Source: Podarcis vaucheri | Taxonomy: Eukaryota | DNA: 64,000 nt | NCBI GenBank assembly: GCA_965113315.1 | Contig: OZ220364.1 | Strand: one strand, 5' to 3' | In this document: in pieces, positions 51,053-63,980 of the stretch | Layout of the letters: each line of letters begins with the position of its first letter | How positions within the stretch are numbered: position 1 is the stretch's first letter | Program-made: the position numbers and the translations under genes | The notes under the pieces: generated by a model | The model's input: only the letters and a program-made list of their open reading frames with translations | The model's database searches: none | Told to the model about the DNA's origin: nothing

Positions 51053-51392
51053 TCCTAAATTCCTGGGTTAGGAAACAGTGGGACAACCACAAATCATATT
51101 GGCAATATTGGAGCAGAGTGTCTCCCAGACTCTTGTAACTAGCAGCCTGCTGACTCCACATGCATATGCTTTACCCAAGGAGAAAAAGGCTGTCTAACTC
51201 TCAAAAGCAAACAACCCCATTACAACAAAACAAGTTGAAGTTGTGAGCAGAAGCTCACACTAAAGAGGTCAACACTGGCCAAACAAATGGTTTATGAACA
51301 GTGTTCTTCTTCATGGCCTCATGTAAAGAGTGGATAAGCATTCTTCTTGGTGCCAGGAGATGTATAAAGGTAAGGGAGAAAAAGTTGACCAC

Positions 51393-51498
51393 CTTTTTGG
51401 ATGATTTTCTGTGCTTGCTTTCGGACTCTGGCATTGCGCAGAAACCGCCACTCCCTTTCTTTGCGGACCTGGCTCTCCAAATCATGTTCTTCTGGAAT
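51393..51498 (-). CDS. RPTOR: RPTOR coding exon (~human exon 25), IPEEHDLESQVRKEREWRFLRNARVRKQAQKIIQK(G)
   Basis: Manual reverse-complement translation matches Raptor; 106 bp; acceptor ttggcag, donor G|gtggtc; phase 0/1 joins the next exon in frame. Confidence 0.95.
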
Positions 51499-52829
51499 CT
51501 GCCAATAAATAATAATAATAATAATGAATACAACAGGAGAATGGCAAAAAAGGCTTCTTGCGATTCCAAATGCCTGCTAATTTAAACCAGAACAGGGACC
51601 CTTCAGCCCATGCAATCTGACCAAAACCAGCAAGGGGCAGATGAGGTTTTTCTGTTCTTATACACTTCATTACCTTCTGAACTGCACATCATCCACCACT
51701 GGGCCCCAGGGCTGTCAAGTGATCAAAGCCTCAGTTGTTTCTTTTAACCAATTAAAATAAATATGATAAAATGTCTACACAGGCAATATTTTCAAGAAAT
51801 CTAATGCAGATAATTTTTCATTGACAAACGACAGGGAATTCAACTGGAATGCACTGCCTGAATGCAGATGTATACATAGATCAATGCAAAAATAATATTG
51901 GCACTGAAATCCTCTCACTCGGGACATTTATTTTAAAATGCACATTTTAAGCCCATGGCTGATAAACCGTATCCGTTATTTGACAAATATTCCAAAACCT
52001 ATTCTTTACTCACTCTTTTGAAAAGGTCTATTTGTTTTTGTCTTGTCTCATTCAGGCTGCAAGTTCTCACAGAAAGCAAATGAATACCCCATTTTCTTAA
52101 ACAGCAACGTAAATTTATGAAGCTCATATAAATGGCTTGTCACAGCAGATATATTTGAATCTTGTGGCTGCTGTTACGAACCCGCAAGCTCATCCCTAGT
52201 ACAGGACGATTTTTACACTTGTCTCCAAGGCTTTCTTCTGTTTAGATGGAAGGAGTGCAACTTCTGCATAATTCCTTATGAATAAAAGGCTCCATAAAGT
52301 ATGTGGCAGGGAAGTGTAAACACAGAAGGTATAATTCAAAATTGGAGACATGTGGAGATCCTGTACTTCTTCCTGTCGAGGGCCTGAGCTGCTAGGGGAT
52401 CGTAAAGATTCTGCCCCGTTATTTAAGGAAGCAAGCACACTCAATTGCAAGAAGTTGATGCTGCTCATATTTTGGGAATGGCTGCTGAAAACAATTAGGC
52501 AGAAGTGTAACGGCATGAAAACATACATATTAAATGTCAAACGTGAGTTGGCTTTCTGTGCAGAGAAAGGTGTACTTTGGATTTTCAGAGCCAGGCCTGC
52601 AGTTTTCAAACCAAGCACTCACTCAGCTCAGGTGTTTTGCTTTCATGGCGACATCCTTTGAAATTATTATTCATGCCATGATGAAGACTCTGCTGTTATA
52701 AAGCAGTGCTGCTAATCAGTTGGTACTGTAGCCTGAGAGACCAGGCATTGGTTACCACTGAGAAAAGAGGCGTGGTAGCTGTTAAATTTGTTCTAGACCA
52801 ATAGGAATCCAAGGAAGAACATTTCTTTT

Positions 52830-53079
52830 AGAAGAAGAAGAGTTTGGATTTGATATCCCGCTTTATCATTACCCAAAGGAGTCTCAAAGCGGCTAACAAT
52901 CTCCTTTCCCTTCCTCCCCCACAACAAACACTCTGTGAGGTGAGTGGGGCTGAGAGACTTCAGAGAAGTGTGACTAGCCCAAGGTCACCCAGCAGCTGCA
53001 TGTGGAGGAGCGGGGAAGCGAACCCGGTTCCCCAGATTACGAATCTACCGCTCTTAACCACTACACCACACTGGCTCTC
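52830..53079 (-). mobile_element. Squam3-like SINE
   Basis: Reverse complement of 3682-3928; begins (GAA)n on the plus strand. Confidence 0.8.
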
Positions 53080-54189
53080 TTAGACTGGTTATCAGAACCC
53101 CCCAGTTCACAACAGAAAGAAAGACATATCAATAAAGACTGAAAGGGCACACTTAGTCCCTATCAGTCCAGAAAAAAAGTATGCCAAATCATATTGTCAT
53201 GCAAAAAGGATTCACAGCAGCCCATCCTCTGGAAACAAATCACAACAAGATTACAAAGCTAGACAGCATTTATTTTATTATTTAAAAAATAACAATTCTC
53301 CTTCACTCTCCCCAGTAGTTTCTTTGGCAACAATCCAAGGTTTGTTAGAAGGAACATGAGAAATGAACAGCAATGTACAGCAATAAGCAAACCCAAGATA
53401 AAATACATTAAAATATTTTCAAGTGGAGAGATATCCTTTGATAAAAATGTCATTTCAAAGGAATAAATTGGAAGAAGATCTTAAAGGACTCTGTATCAAG
53501 AAAAGAAGACAAGGAGCATGTACAGAATCTAAACATTACCAGTTGGCATCTAGAATGGCTTTTGTAGGTATGGATTAGGGAAAGCTGCTTCCCTGTGTAA
53601 CAGCTCCCATAGAGTTAGTCTGTCCATATCAGAAACTGGCTGCACCTAAGTGCCTTCAGTACATTTGTTGCGTTGGCCTACAATGCCAAATATGTTCGTA
53701 TGTTCATTTGTTTCACCTTATCTGCTCTACCATGCCAAATTATGGAAAGGAAGAGCTACATGGTTTTCTCTATGTAGTCATATGAGGAAGTATCACATAC
53801 ATAAACAGAAAATAGGTTGCATCCAATGAAGTTGTTCCTTTACTGCAAGGAATTTAGAGCAATTTATGCCGGAAACCAGATGAGGACCAGGGCATTAGCT
53901 TCCTGATCACAAGCTTCCATACTGTGCAATGTACTAGAGCAAGCTGATATACTTTGTCACTTTGCAATGAAACTTCTCCTCTCTTAACCCCCCCTCCCTG
54001 TGCACCCCCCATATTTATTCTGGCGGTTCCTCAACTTTCTAGGGCAGATTTGGGAGAGGCACAGGAGGGTATGTAGAGAGAGGAGGAGGAGGAGAAGTTC
54101 TGCTGCACTAGCAGAACAGGACAGCTTCATTGGGAACAACTCCGTATTTTTGGCCTCATACTCTGGCTGTAGTGGAATGCACTGATGAA

Positions 54190-54387
54190 CAGGACTGACC
54201 CACAACATTTTGGCACCCGAGGCTAACCACAAAATGGTGCCCCTATCCCCATCAGGGGAGACGGGTGAGTGAAGATCTGCATCAGGAACAAGGATGGAAG
54301 GAAGATCTACATGAATATCTGCTGCCCCTATGGCTCCTGCCACCTGAGACGGTTGCTTTACCCTGCTTCATGGGTAGGCTGGTCCTG
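54190..54387. mobile_element. hAT-type MITE (decayed)
   Basis: caggactgacc ... aggctggtcctg ends; flanks ctgatgaa / ctagtgaa. Confidence 0.5.
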
Positions 54388-54654
54388 CTAGTGAATGATG
54401 TTGCTAAAACCAAGGCAGTACTTGGTTCTAGCAACTCGGGAGGGGAATGGAATAAACCATCTACACACAAATGGGAGCAACCTGAGATCAGTACATGTGC
54501 AAATGTCTCAATTAGTGGCCAATTATCAGCAAGGGATTAAGAGTGTGATCCGAAATAAGTGATTTAAGAATAACATTAATTCCTTTCCCAGAAATAAGGA
54601 CTCGCTAGAGTATTTGCATTTTTTTCAGCTTAGGTGACTGGGTTACAAAGGTGG

Positions 54655-55750
54655 GGCAGGATGGAGTCTTATAAAATTATGCATAGTGTAGAGGAAGTGG
54701 AATGAATGATACTCCCTCTCTCATAACACTTCAAATTAGAGGTCATCCGATGAAACTGAAAGGCACAAGATTAAAGATAAACAAAAGAAAGCACCTTCAC
54801 ACCATGCAATTCATAATGGCTTAGATGGCTTTATATGCCTGTTGTCTTTGTCCATGGAGTTTTCTTGGCAGGGATACTGGAGTGGCTTGCCGGTTCCTGC
54901 TCCAGGTGGATCACGTTTGGTCAAAACTCTCCACTATGACCTGTCCATCTTGGGTGGCCCTGCACAGCATAGCTCATAGCTTCTCTGAGTTATTCAAGCC
55001 CCTTCGCCATAGCTTAGTATACATACTAGTATACATACTTCCATACATACATAGTATACATACTTCTATACATACTAGTAGTGATGTATGGAAGTGAGAG
55101 CTGGACCATAAAGAAGGCTGATCGCCGAAGAATTGATGCTTTTGAATTATGCTGCTGGAGGAGACTCTTGAGAGTCCCATGGACTGCAAGAAGATCAAAC
55201 CTATCCATTCTGAAGGAAATCAGCCCTGAGTGCTCACTGCAAGGACAGATCCTGAAGCTGAGGCTCCAATACTTTGGCCACCTCATGAGAAGAGAAGACT
55301 CCCTGGAAAAAACCCTGATGTTGGGAAAGATTGAGGGCACAAGGAGAAGGGGACGACAGAGGACGAGATGGTTGGACAGTGTTCTCGAAGCTACCAGCAT
55401 GAGTTTGACCAAACTGCAGGAGGCAGTGGAAGGCAGGAGTGCCTGGCGTGCTCTGGTCCATGGGGTAACAAAGAGTCGGACACGACTAAACGACTAAACA
55501 ACAACAGATGGCTTTAAAAAGACAGGACAAATTCATTGAGTGTTAGGACTATTAATAGCCATTAGTAATGAAATCTACTGCGATCTCTACCTTCCGAGGC
55601 AGTAAAGTAAGTGTAAACCAGTTTTTGCTGTTGGGGGGCAATCAGTGGAGGATGGCTGTTGCGCTCATGCCATACTTGTGGGCTTCCCAGATGGAGGATG
55701 ATAGACTAGATGAACCATTGGCTCAATCCAGCAGGCCTATTCTCACACTA
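54655..55750 (+). mobile_element. Old CR1 LINE 3' end interrupted by the Bov-B insertion
   Basis: YKIMH...RGHPMKL...LDGFK..DKF remnants continue across the TSD; 3'UTR gactagatgaaccattggctcaatccagcagg. Confidence 0.7.
54834..55505 (+). mobile_element. Bov-B (RTE) LINE: inverted 5' piece (54834-55009) + filler + 3' end (55077-55505)
   Basis: ORF 55081..55497 is the Bov-B C-terminus (YGSESWTIKKA...RRIDAFEL..WRRLLRVPWTARRSN...LMLGKIEG.RRRGRQR.RWLD); (CAA)n tail; TSD agatggcttta (54823-54833 / 55506-55516). Confidence 0.92.
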
Positions 55751-57059
55751 CGTTTGTTCTCTCCTTGCAGTCATTTTTTTTTTTACTTTAGAAAAGACTT
55801 TCTATAGTAAACAAAAGACAAGCTTCTGTTCTGTTCTATTCACTTCTATGTGGGTCTCCCAGAGGTGTGTGGGTGTATGGAATAGTGTTACATGATTAGG
55901 ATCATGACACACTACAGATTTCTAACACCTCTTGGCTTCCACTCAGACAGAAACCAATTACAATTCAGAAGTATCCCACTGAGCAGTGCCATGTGAAAGC
56001 CAATGAAGTTGTTCTCCGCTTTATCCATATCAAGATGGAAACAGTCAGCAAGGGGTTGTGGAAATAAGGACAGAGGATGGATTTTCTCCTTGCAGCAATA
56101 AATAATGTTATAGGGAGATCTCTGCTGGTTTCACAGTGATGAAACAGTTTCCTAAGGGGCTAAATCCTCCATCAGTTGAACAGAGCCAGAGCCACTGTGG
56201 AGCTGAGGTGGCAACCTGTGACTATTGAGGCGAGGGTGTGAGTGTATATTTCTGTTCATATGTTGTCTGCATTAAACATAAAAAGATCCTAAAAGTTGCA
56301 GTCAGACACAGGGGCAACACCAATACTGCACTTCCCCGACTTTAAACGTTTTCAGAACTCTTGAGGTGGGAGTGGGGCTGGATCTATGATTACCTGAGCA
56401 TTGCTATTAAGTATCAGTTAAAGCACTACCAGCTAAAGCACTACACTCTTTTCTGAAACAAACCTTGTTCTGCTTTTCCATAAATCGAACACTGACTGAT
56501 GCCAATGATTTGTAATGCCACCAGTCAGTGCATAGAAGCATAATGCCTATTTCTCAGGGAAAGAATGTTCCCTTCCACACCAAACCTTACAGAAATTAGG
56601 TGTACTTGCAGCCCCTTTTGCATGTATTCCTCACAAGAGCATCTACTCGGTCACCCTGCCTGCTGCATGTGTTTCCTAGCAGAGTCTTGGCATAAGGATC
56701 TAGGCTCTCTCTCCTATCTACATTTAGTTCACATTTCATGGAATAACCAGGAAAACAGCACAGCTGCAACTGATGGCATATACCAATTTTGCTCCTTGGA
56801 TATGTGCAGTGCTAGCTTTTGTTTCATAGACACTAATTATTGTTCAGTGTAGCGTTAGGATTTTTTTAAATTTTTTTTTTACTATCTTTGGTGAAGAACA
56901 CCCTGTAGGATAAAGCATGTGCGGTGTCCATGAAACCTCTGTTAACAGGCTCCCAAATTGACTTTTTATGCAACATGAGCAAAATGCAAAAGATAGTGGT
57001 AGGTAGAGAAAGAAGCAAGCATAAAGGTATACTGCACATCCCTTGGATGGGATCTTTAA

Positions 57060-57182
57060 TACTGGATTCTAGAGGTTTTTAAGCAGAAGTTGAATGGCCA
57101 AATGCCATGTAAGATCTAGTTGAGATTCCTGGACTAGATGACCCTCAGGGTCTCTTCCAACTCTACAGTTCTATGATTCTAT
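57060..57182 (+). mobile_element. CR1 3' end fragment
   Basis: ggactagatgaccctcagggtctcttccaactctacagttctatgattctat; similar tails at 22079-22141 and 30715-30770. Confidence 0.75.
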
Positions 57183-60100
57183 AAGGAATCACAGGTTTTT
57201 CCACTGGAAGCACAGGTCTAGAACTCCTCCTAGGAGAAAAGCAGTTTGGGGGATGAAGAGTTATGGGGCAGGGAGCAATGGATGGTGAAAGAGTGATGGA
57301 CTATTGTTCCCCATAACATTTCATTTTTGAATGCCAGGCTGTAACTTTGGCCAGGTGGCGTTTGGATTCAGAGTTCACCAGTATTGTGTAAAAACTGCCA
57401 ATACACCTTCCCAAAATTGGATAAGCATTTTCTAATGTTTCCTGAATTAGAGCCAAACCTTTGTGCTGGTATGCTTATATTGATCGTGAGGTCTTGTCAT
57501 GAACAAGACCTGCCTTTGTGTGTGAGAGAAAGCAAGCAAGTGGGGATGAGCAATTGTGTGGTAGGAGAGAAGAAGAGAGATGGACAGTAGAGTGGAGAAG
57601 TAGTGAGTGGACTCATGAGAGATTGTGGGGGTGGTGATGGAAGGGCAAAGAAAGGGGATGGTTGAGGGTGAGGATTGTGCAGGGGAGGGAAAGATGGGCA
57701 GAGAGAGTGTGAGGAACAGATTCACCCTTGATTTGGGCTATTTGTGTACATGGGTATTTAAAATCAGCCACATTGTTGGCTGCAGGTTTCTAAGGTGGCA
57801 ATCCTAAGTACACTTACCTGGGAGCAATCCCCACAGAACAGATGGGGCACACTGCATAGGAGCAGACTGCAGACCAAATTCTATTTCCAATAAAGCAAGT
57901 CAAATGATGGGGCAGCCCTATGAGTATGATCTGTGAGATATCAATCCACCTGTTTTATTTCAAACATCTCAGCAAAATTCAGTTCCGGGGGAAATGCTAT
58001 AACTCTTCAATATTAGTGGTGATGGGGAATATGAGGTAAAAATGAACACGTTATATAGGATCACAGTAATTTTAAAATATGGATGTAATTCTCTTACTAC
58101 CCAAAACCCTTTTGTATATATATATATATTCCTGTAAACCCTGATGAAAGAAATGGGACATCTATTTCCAGTGGAGCTTGTGGAAGGAAAATTCTTGCTG
58201 GAATGTGCCTCATATCTATGGTAGTAAATAGTTATTGCTGGACAAATCTCTCTCTAAAACTGTGTTGTAGTTCTCCATTCAGCAACAAGTAATTATTCAA
58301 AGCACTCCAAATATTCTTAAACTTCTGCTTAAAAAAACAACAAACTGAAGTACTCACACTAAAAACACACACCCTGTGTGCACAGAATGATGCATTTTGA
58401 TTGGCCATCTGGAGTGATTTATTAGATTAATAAGGCACCACTCTGGCGAACAGCTATTCTCAGAAAGTAGATAAATGTTTTTAATAATCATTGGGAGTTA
58501 ATATATTACCCACTCTGAATGGTAAAATAAAGATAGCATTATCCTAATTCTTTTATTTTTAAAACATCTACGTACTGTTCTCTAGACTTGGAAACAAGCA
58601 CATAAAAGTCAGTTTGGCCAAAGTAGTTGGACCAACAGCTTGAAGCTAATTAGTAATTAAAGTAGTAACATTTCCAAATGTTTCAATGCCTGTGTACCTA
58701 TGGGTATCAAGAGAAAATTAATTGCATTTGTGCTGTAGTTGATGAAGTACCAAATGTTTTACTACCTGGCAAATTCTCTTGGTGGTTCAATTAAAAAAAC
58801 AACAACTGGGGAACTGCAAATCCACCTGTAAAACATGTTGTGATTAAGAAAAAAAATTGCTTGAATATAGAGCCAGTTAGTGTTTTGCTTTGATGACCAA
58901 TAGGGCTCTTGGGTATACAGAAAAAATATTGACAGAGATCTCAGTAACAGGTTTTATGTTCTTAAAAAAAGGGGGTGGGGTGTTAGCCATTGTTTCTTTA
59001 TTCCAAAACCCAGGTATAACCTGATACCTGCAGCACCTAGCAGAAACTAATTCAGTCTGTAATTTCAATCTTGGAATAGAAATGAAATGCTGATCACGTG
59101 ATTAAAACATGCAGTCTAATTTTTGTACTTTTAAATCTTGTTTCCCTTGCCCTCACCTCCCATTTGGATACCACCTAGCCAGATGAAGAGCTAGAACTAA
59201 AACTTAGCTCACTAGTTCGTGATATTTTGGCTGGTGCTTATAAATGCTGGTTTTGGAGAAATACATGGATTATTCACATGTCCATTCTGGGCCTCCTGGA
59301 GGCACTAAGCGCACACAGGTCTGTTGGGTGTCCGTGTCTTTGTTACTTCACAAAATATTTCTCCCCCAGAAAGCCCAGCAAGAGCTATGTGTGCTCACTA
59401 CCAACAAGGTAGGTTACTGTAATGAAAAGAAAAGAAGAAGCTGGAATAGAGGACTGAAAATGGGATCAGCTAACAGAGGCCCTCAGGTACATAGCCCCAC
59501 TTCCGCCCCCCTTTGCTGAACTCTTCTGTACATATCATACCACACAGCTCTGGGATTTGTTGTGTTGAAGCATGAAAATAGAGGGTTTCATACTCACACA
59601 ACACCCACCTACCCACCATACAACTGTATATGAAGTTTTAGGGCCAGCTTGGGGGGGGGGAAAGCTCTCTCAACCCTGAGCCTATAAAGTACAGCACTAT
59701 TCAAAATGCACGGCAATATTTTGTTTAGTTGTCCGCTGCCACTTGTTATCTTATTATGCCCTCCTCTGTTCGTTCGTTTTTTAGTAAGTATTTTCTGGAG
59801 CAGCAGCAGTGGCTGTTCAGTGCCTTACACTGCTGCACTTTAACATTTTTGAACCCAAGACCGCAGTCACTGATTGCGGACATGAACCAACAGCCTTTGC
59901 CGATTTGTGGCTCCACAGAAATTTAGGGGGAAGCTTATCTTGAACCTGGAGGTTCTATATTGCCCTCCATTGATAAGACTCATCCTCCATGAATCTGCCT
60001 GTTCAAGTGGTTCTCAAAGCACTGGGAAGGGGGGCACGTTCAGCGGACCAGTTAATACCACCCCCTGACAACTCAAAGTACATACATAATTCTTATTTTA

Positions 60101-60322
60101 ATAACTGTAGTCTTGCCTATCTAATGCGATGAATGTGCCTGCTTCTTGCAAGCAAAGTTATATGAATTCATTGCAAGACATATTTCAGCCTTTTTACATT
60201 ACCCAGCATGCAAGAAACCTATTGTACTGCCTATAGGGAGACATTTATTTCTGCTCCCTCTTCAGCTGACAGACTGTGCATAAAATACTGTAGCAGAGTA
60301 ATTTTGGAAGATATACATGTGT

Positions 60323-60327
60323 ACACA

Positions 60328-60361
<34 letters not shown>
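60323..60361. repeat. (AC)n microsatellite
   Basis: Direct read. Confidence 0.98.
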
Positions 60362-60367
<6 letters not shown>

Positions 60368-60679
60368 ACACAGGAAGTTGTCATGCCAGTATGAATTGGC
60401 ATGAATTTCTGGCAACTCATCGCTATGAACACAACCTCTAACTAAGAACCTTACATCCAGAAACTTGTGCTGCTTTGGATGGATGCTCACAATTCAAATT
60501 TCAATTGCCTAGTCTAATTCATGAGAACCTTCAGCAAGTCTCCTTAGTTTTGTTCTATAAATGCATCTGTGATGCATGAGGATATGTTATTATGGGGGCG
60601 AGAAGGGTGCTTTTTATGTTCTTGTGATTTTAAAATGAGGCCAAAGAATACCAGCCCTTGAGTTTCCTGAGTTCTAATT

Positions 60680-61490
60680 CAGATTGCATAGACCTGATGA
60701 AGGGCTTTGACCTTGTCAGCTGAAAAGTACTCTTCACACTGCTCAACATGATAGGATGCCCATCTAAACATGATAGGATGCCCACTGCTCAACATGATAG
60801 GATGCCCATCTAAGCGCCACAAAATGGCCATGTCCTTCCACGAGAACATGTGTGGCACAATCCAGTATGATGCTTCATCCTCAGACACCTTCCCTTTAAA
60901 GAGCAGTATGAAGGAGGGCTGTGTTCTTGCCCCAACTCTCTTTGGCATGTTCTTCCCTCTGTTGCTCTTGACAGAAGATGGGGAGGGGGTCTGTTCAATG
61001 TGGCATGTCTCCACACCAAGACAAAAGTGTGGCGGGTTCTTATCCGAGAGATGTTGTTTGCAGATGACAAAGACTTGAGGAAGCTCTGCAGAGACTCATC
61101 AAATGTTTTTACAAGCCTGCATGGAGTTTGGCCTGACCATTGGCCTGACATCTTGGGCCAGGGTCTTGCTAGCACACCATGCACCAGCATTTCTGACCCC
61201 AGGCTTGAGGTGGTAGACAGTTTTGTTTAACTGGGCGCCACCATAACCAGCAACCTTTTCCATTGATGCTTTCCACATGCGCTGTATCAGGAAGAACCGG
61301 GGTACCACATGGCAGGACAGTCTCAAAGATGTGTTGTTCCAAGGTTACCTTCCCAGCATGTTCACACTTCTGTCTCAGTGATGTCTACACTAGATTGGTA
61401 ATGTCCACAGATGAAAGATGGCAGGAACCCCAATTCTATAGGGAATTGGCTTCTGGCACCAGGCCCATTGGTAGACCAACTCTGTGTTGT
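60680..61490 (+). mobile_element. Decayed RTE-clade LINE reverse transcriptase fragment (not Bov-B)
   Basis: DL.K.FDLVS, SFHENMCGT..YD.SSSD.FP.KS.MKEGCVLAPTLFG.FF, REMLFADD, ELASGTRPIGRP in shifting frames. Confidence 0.85.
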
Positions 61491-63022
61491 TCTCTACAGC
61501 CACAGCAAGCACTGTAACTCTCTAAGACATATGGATGCCAATGAATTCAGATTGTAGATAAACACCCTGGTGACAAATGGAAACCCTAAAGATGCATGAA
61601 ATAAAGCAGGGTCAACTCTTGGTCCTAGAAGATTATGTGACTTGCTGACCTCCCTTCTGGATTTTACTTAGCTTTTACTTAAGGCAAAATGTTCCAGTGT
61701 TGCTTCAACATTAATACATCTAGAAACAGCAAAGAGAGTGAGACACCAACAGTTCTGCCCTTGCTGTTGAAAAGCAGAGGCTTTAATTACACAGCAAGCA
61801 AAAACTGGCATTTTTTTAAAAAGTTTGTTGTTGATGTCCCTCTGGGACAACAGACAGGCAGAATACTTAATCACTGCAACTCTCCCAGGAAGCTCAAGTG
61901 GTATCTGGATCAGAGAAAAATTGTTTGTTAACCCTCATGGCACACAAATAAAATATGAACATAACGTTGCTCAACATAGCATGTGAGCTGAAAGATTGTG
62001 CTGTATTTGGCCTACATTCTTGTGTTCAAATCTTGAACCCAGCCCAGCCCAGCTCTCTTCTTCAGCCTTCCCACTTCACCTTGTTTGTGTGTAGGTTAGA
62101 TATAATGTGCAAAATGCACAATGAAGGTTTGGCATTTTCGGTAACAGTCAGAGGCATAGCATTAGCTTGCTCACGGTATTAAATGTAATTCCAGAATCAT
62201 GAATTCAGCACTGCCTCTTTACTGTGGAGATGAATAGAAGCATGATGAGAGGGGAGGGAGCAAGTTTTTCTTTGAACACAAACCTCTGTAGTAATTAGCA
62301 AGGAAAGATACAGAAAACACAGCTGTTTGCAGCAAGTATGCAGACAGCTGCTTTAGAAGCTGTCCTTCCCTGTACCATTGTGATGATTTTGGTGTCATTA
62401 TTATACATAATTTATATAGCATTGTTTGGCATACAACCCACCTCTCATTCATATTCTGTGAGGCAGGCTGCTATTATTCCTGTTTTTACTAATGGAAATA
62501 CGGGCTGAAAGGTTGTCATCCAAGGTCCATGGCTGAATGGGACTAGAGCCCTCATTCTCGAGGTCCAGAAAGCAAACTGATTGACTTGCACTGTAAAATA
62601 GCTGGGCTCTTTCTCATGAGGTTTTCTTCATTTTTTACTTTGTTTCCTACTTGGTGGGCCATCAAAAATGGCTGGAGAACACTGCCTCCAAATGACTTGT
62701 TTACAGGCCAGTTCATCAGAGGGGCTTGCCTACCCTCACTCCTGCAAGCCATCTATCACTTTTACACCTTCTCTGATGCTGCTGCGACATTTCCTCCCTT
62801 GCAATCTCTCTCTGTCCTGGTGTCCTCTTACCCCTCGCTGTCCTCCTTGGCATTTTCTGCTGATTATAAAAGGGAAACGGTCCCTTCCAGCTCATCTCCT
62901 TTCCAACCCCCCACCCCCATCAATCCACCTGGAAGCTGGCAAGCACAAGGAGCCAAACTGCCTTGTTGTCTTTCCCATACGCATGGTACCAGGATTAGCT
63001 GCAGCTCTCTATTGAATGCATA

Positions 63023-63372
63023 AAGGTAAAGGGACCCCTGACCATTAGGTCCAGTCGTGGCTGACTCTGGGATTGCAATGCTCATCTCGCTTTATTGGCC
63101 GAGGGAGCCGGCGTACAGCTTCCAGGTCATATGGCTAGCATGACGAAGCCGCTTCTGGCGAACCAGAGCAGCGCACGGAAACGCCATTTACCTTCCCACC
63201 GGAGTGGTACCTATTCATCTACTTGCACTTTGACGTGCTTTCAAACTGCTAGGTTGGCAGGAGCAGGGACCGAGCAACAGGAGCTCATCCCATTGCGGGG
63301 ATTCAAACCACCAACCTTCTGATCAGCAAGTCTTCAGCTCTGTAGTTTAACCCACAGTGCCACCCGTGTCCC
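63023..63372 (-). mobile_element. Sauria SINE, full length
   Basis: Matches the other copies; TSD tgaatgcata (63013-63022 / 63375-63384). Confidence 0.9.
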
Positions 63373-63639
63373 ACTGAATGCATACTTGATGGTAAATTTG
63401 GCTTACATTTTCTGTGAATTCTGCGGCCTCCTGCCTGGTGTGCTTCCTGCACAGTGGGGCAGCTGTGATAGTGTGGAAAGGACTAGTTTCCTCTGGTGGG
63501 TTAGGCTCAGGGGACAGCATATGTGAAGCTTTTGCCTTAGGCTGTGTGGGCTCAGGACCACCAGCCTCAGATTATACGTGCTCCAAACCACCAGCTTTGG
63601 GCCCTGTGAGCTCTGAATCACCAGCTTCAAAAACAATGG

Positions 63640-63980
63640 CTTACGGTGAATGTGTGAGCCCTAAGAGAGGAGATTGCAGCCACTTTGCTCCTCACTGGTC
63701 ATTCTGCTGCTGCAGCTAAGCCATGGCTTGGTATGTCTACTGAACTTGAGTTTATGGTTTATATCTCTCCAGACTAACCATGAACCAAGGTTTGCCCTGT
63801 GGTTTATAGCTCATGGGTTGACTGGGAGAGCTAAACCATGAGTCCAGGTCTGGAAAACACACTATGTCATGCTTAGTTCTGTGCAGCACAGCAGGAAAAC
63901 AACCAGAGAGGAGCTAAGGGGCCGCAATCTCTCTGGGAGTCTGTGCATTTGCACTAAGCCACATTTTGGCTTATCATTAG
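63640..63980. mobile_element. Long imperfect-palindrome MITE, same family as 17045-17400
   Basis: Shared ctgggagagctaa(a/g)ccatga and ctctctgggag motifs. Confidence 0.55.

Noticed and set aside
52844-53083. Apparent small-protein family (MDLISRFI...; also 3555-3917, 38500-38772) and MASMTKPLLANQ ORFs (28547, 63095)
   Set aside because: Antisense translations of Squam3-like and Sauria SINE copies
55081-55497. 138-aa ORF as a host gene
   Set aside because: It is the C-terminus of the Bov-B ORF inside a TSD-bounded truncated insertion
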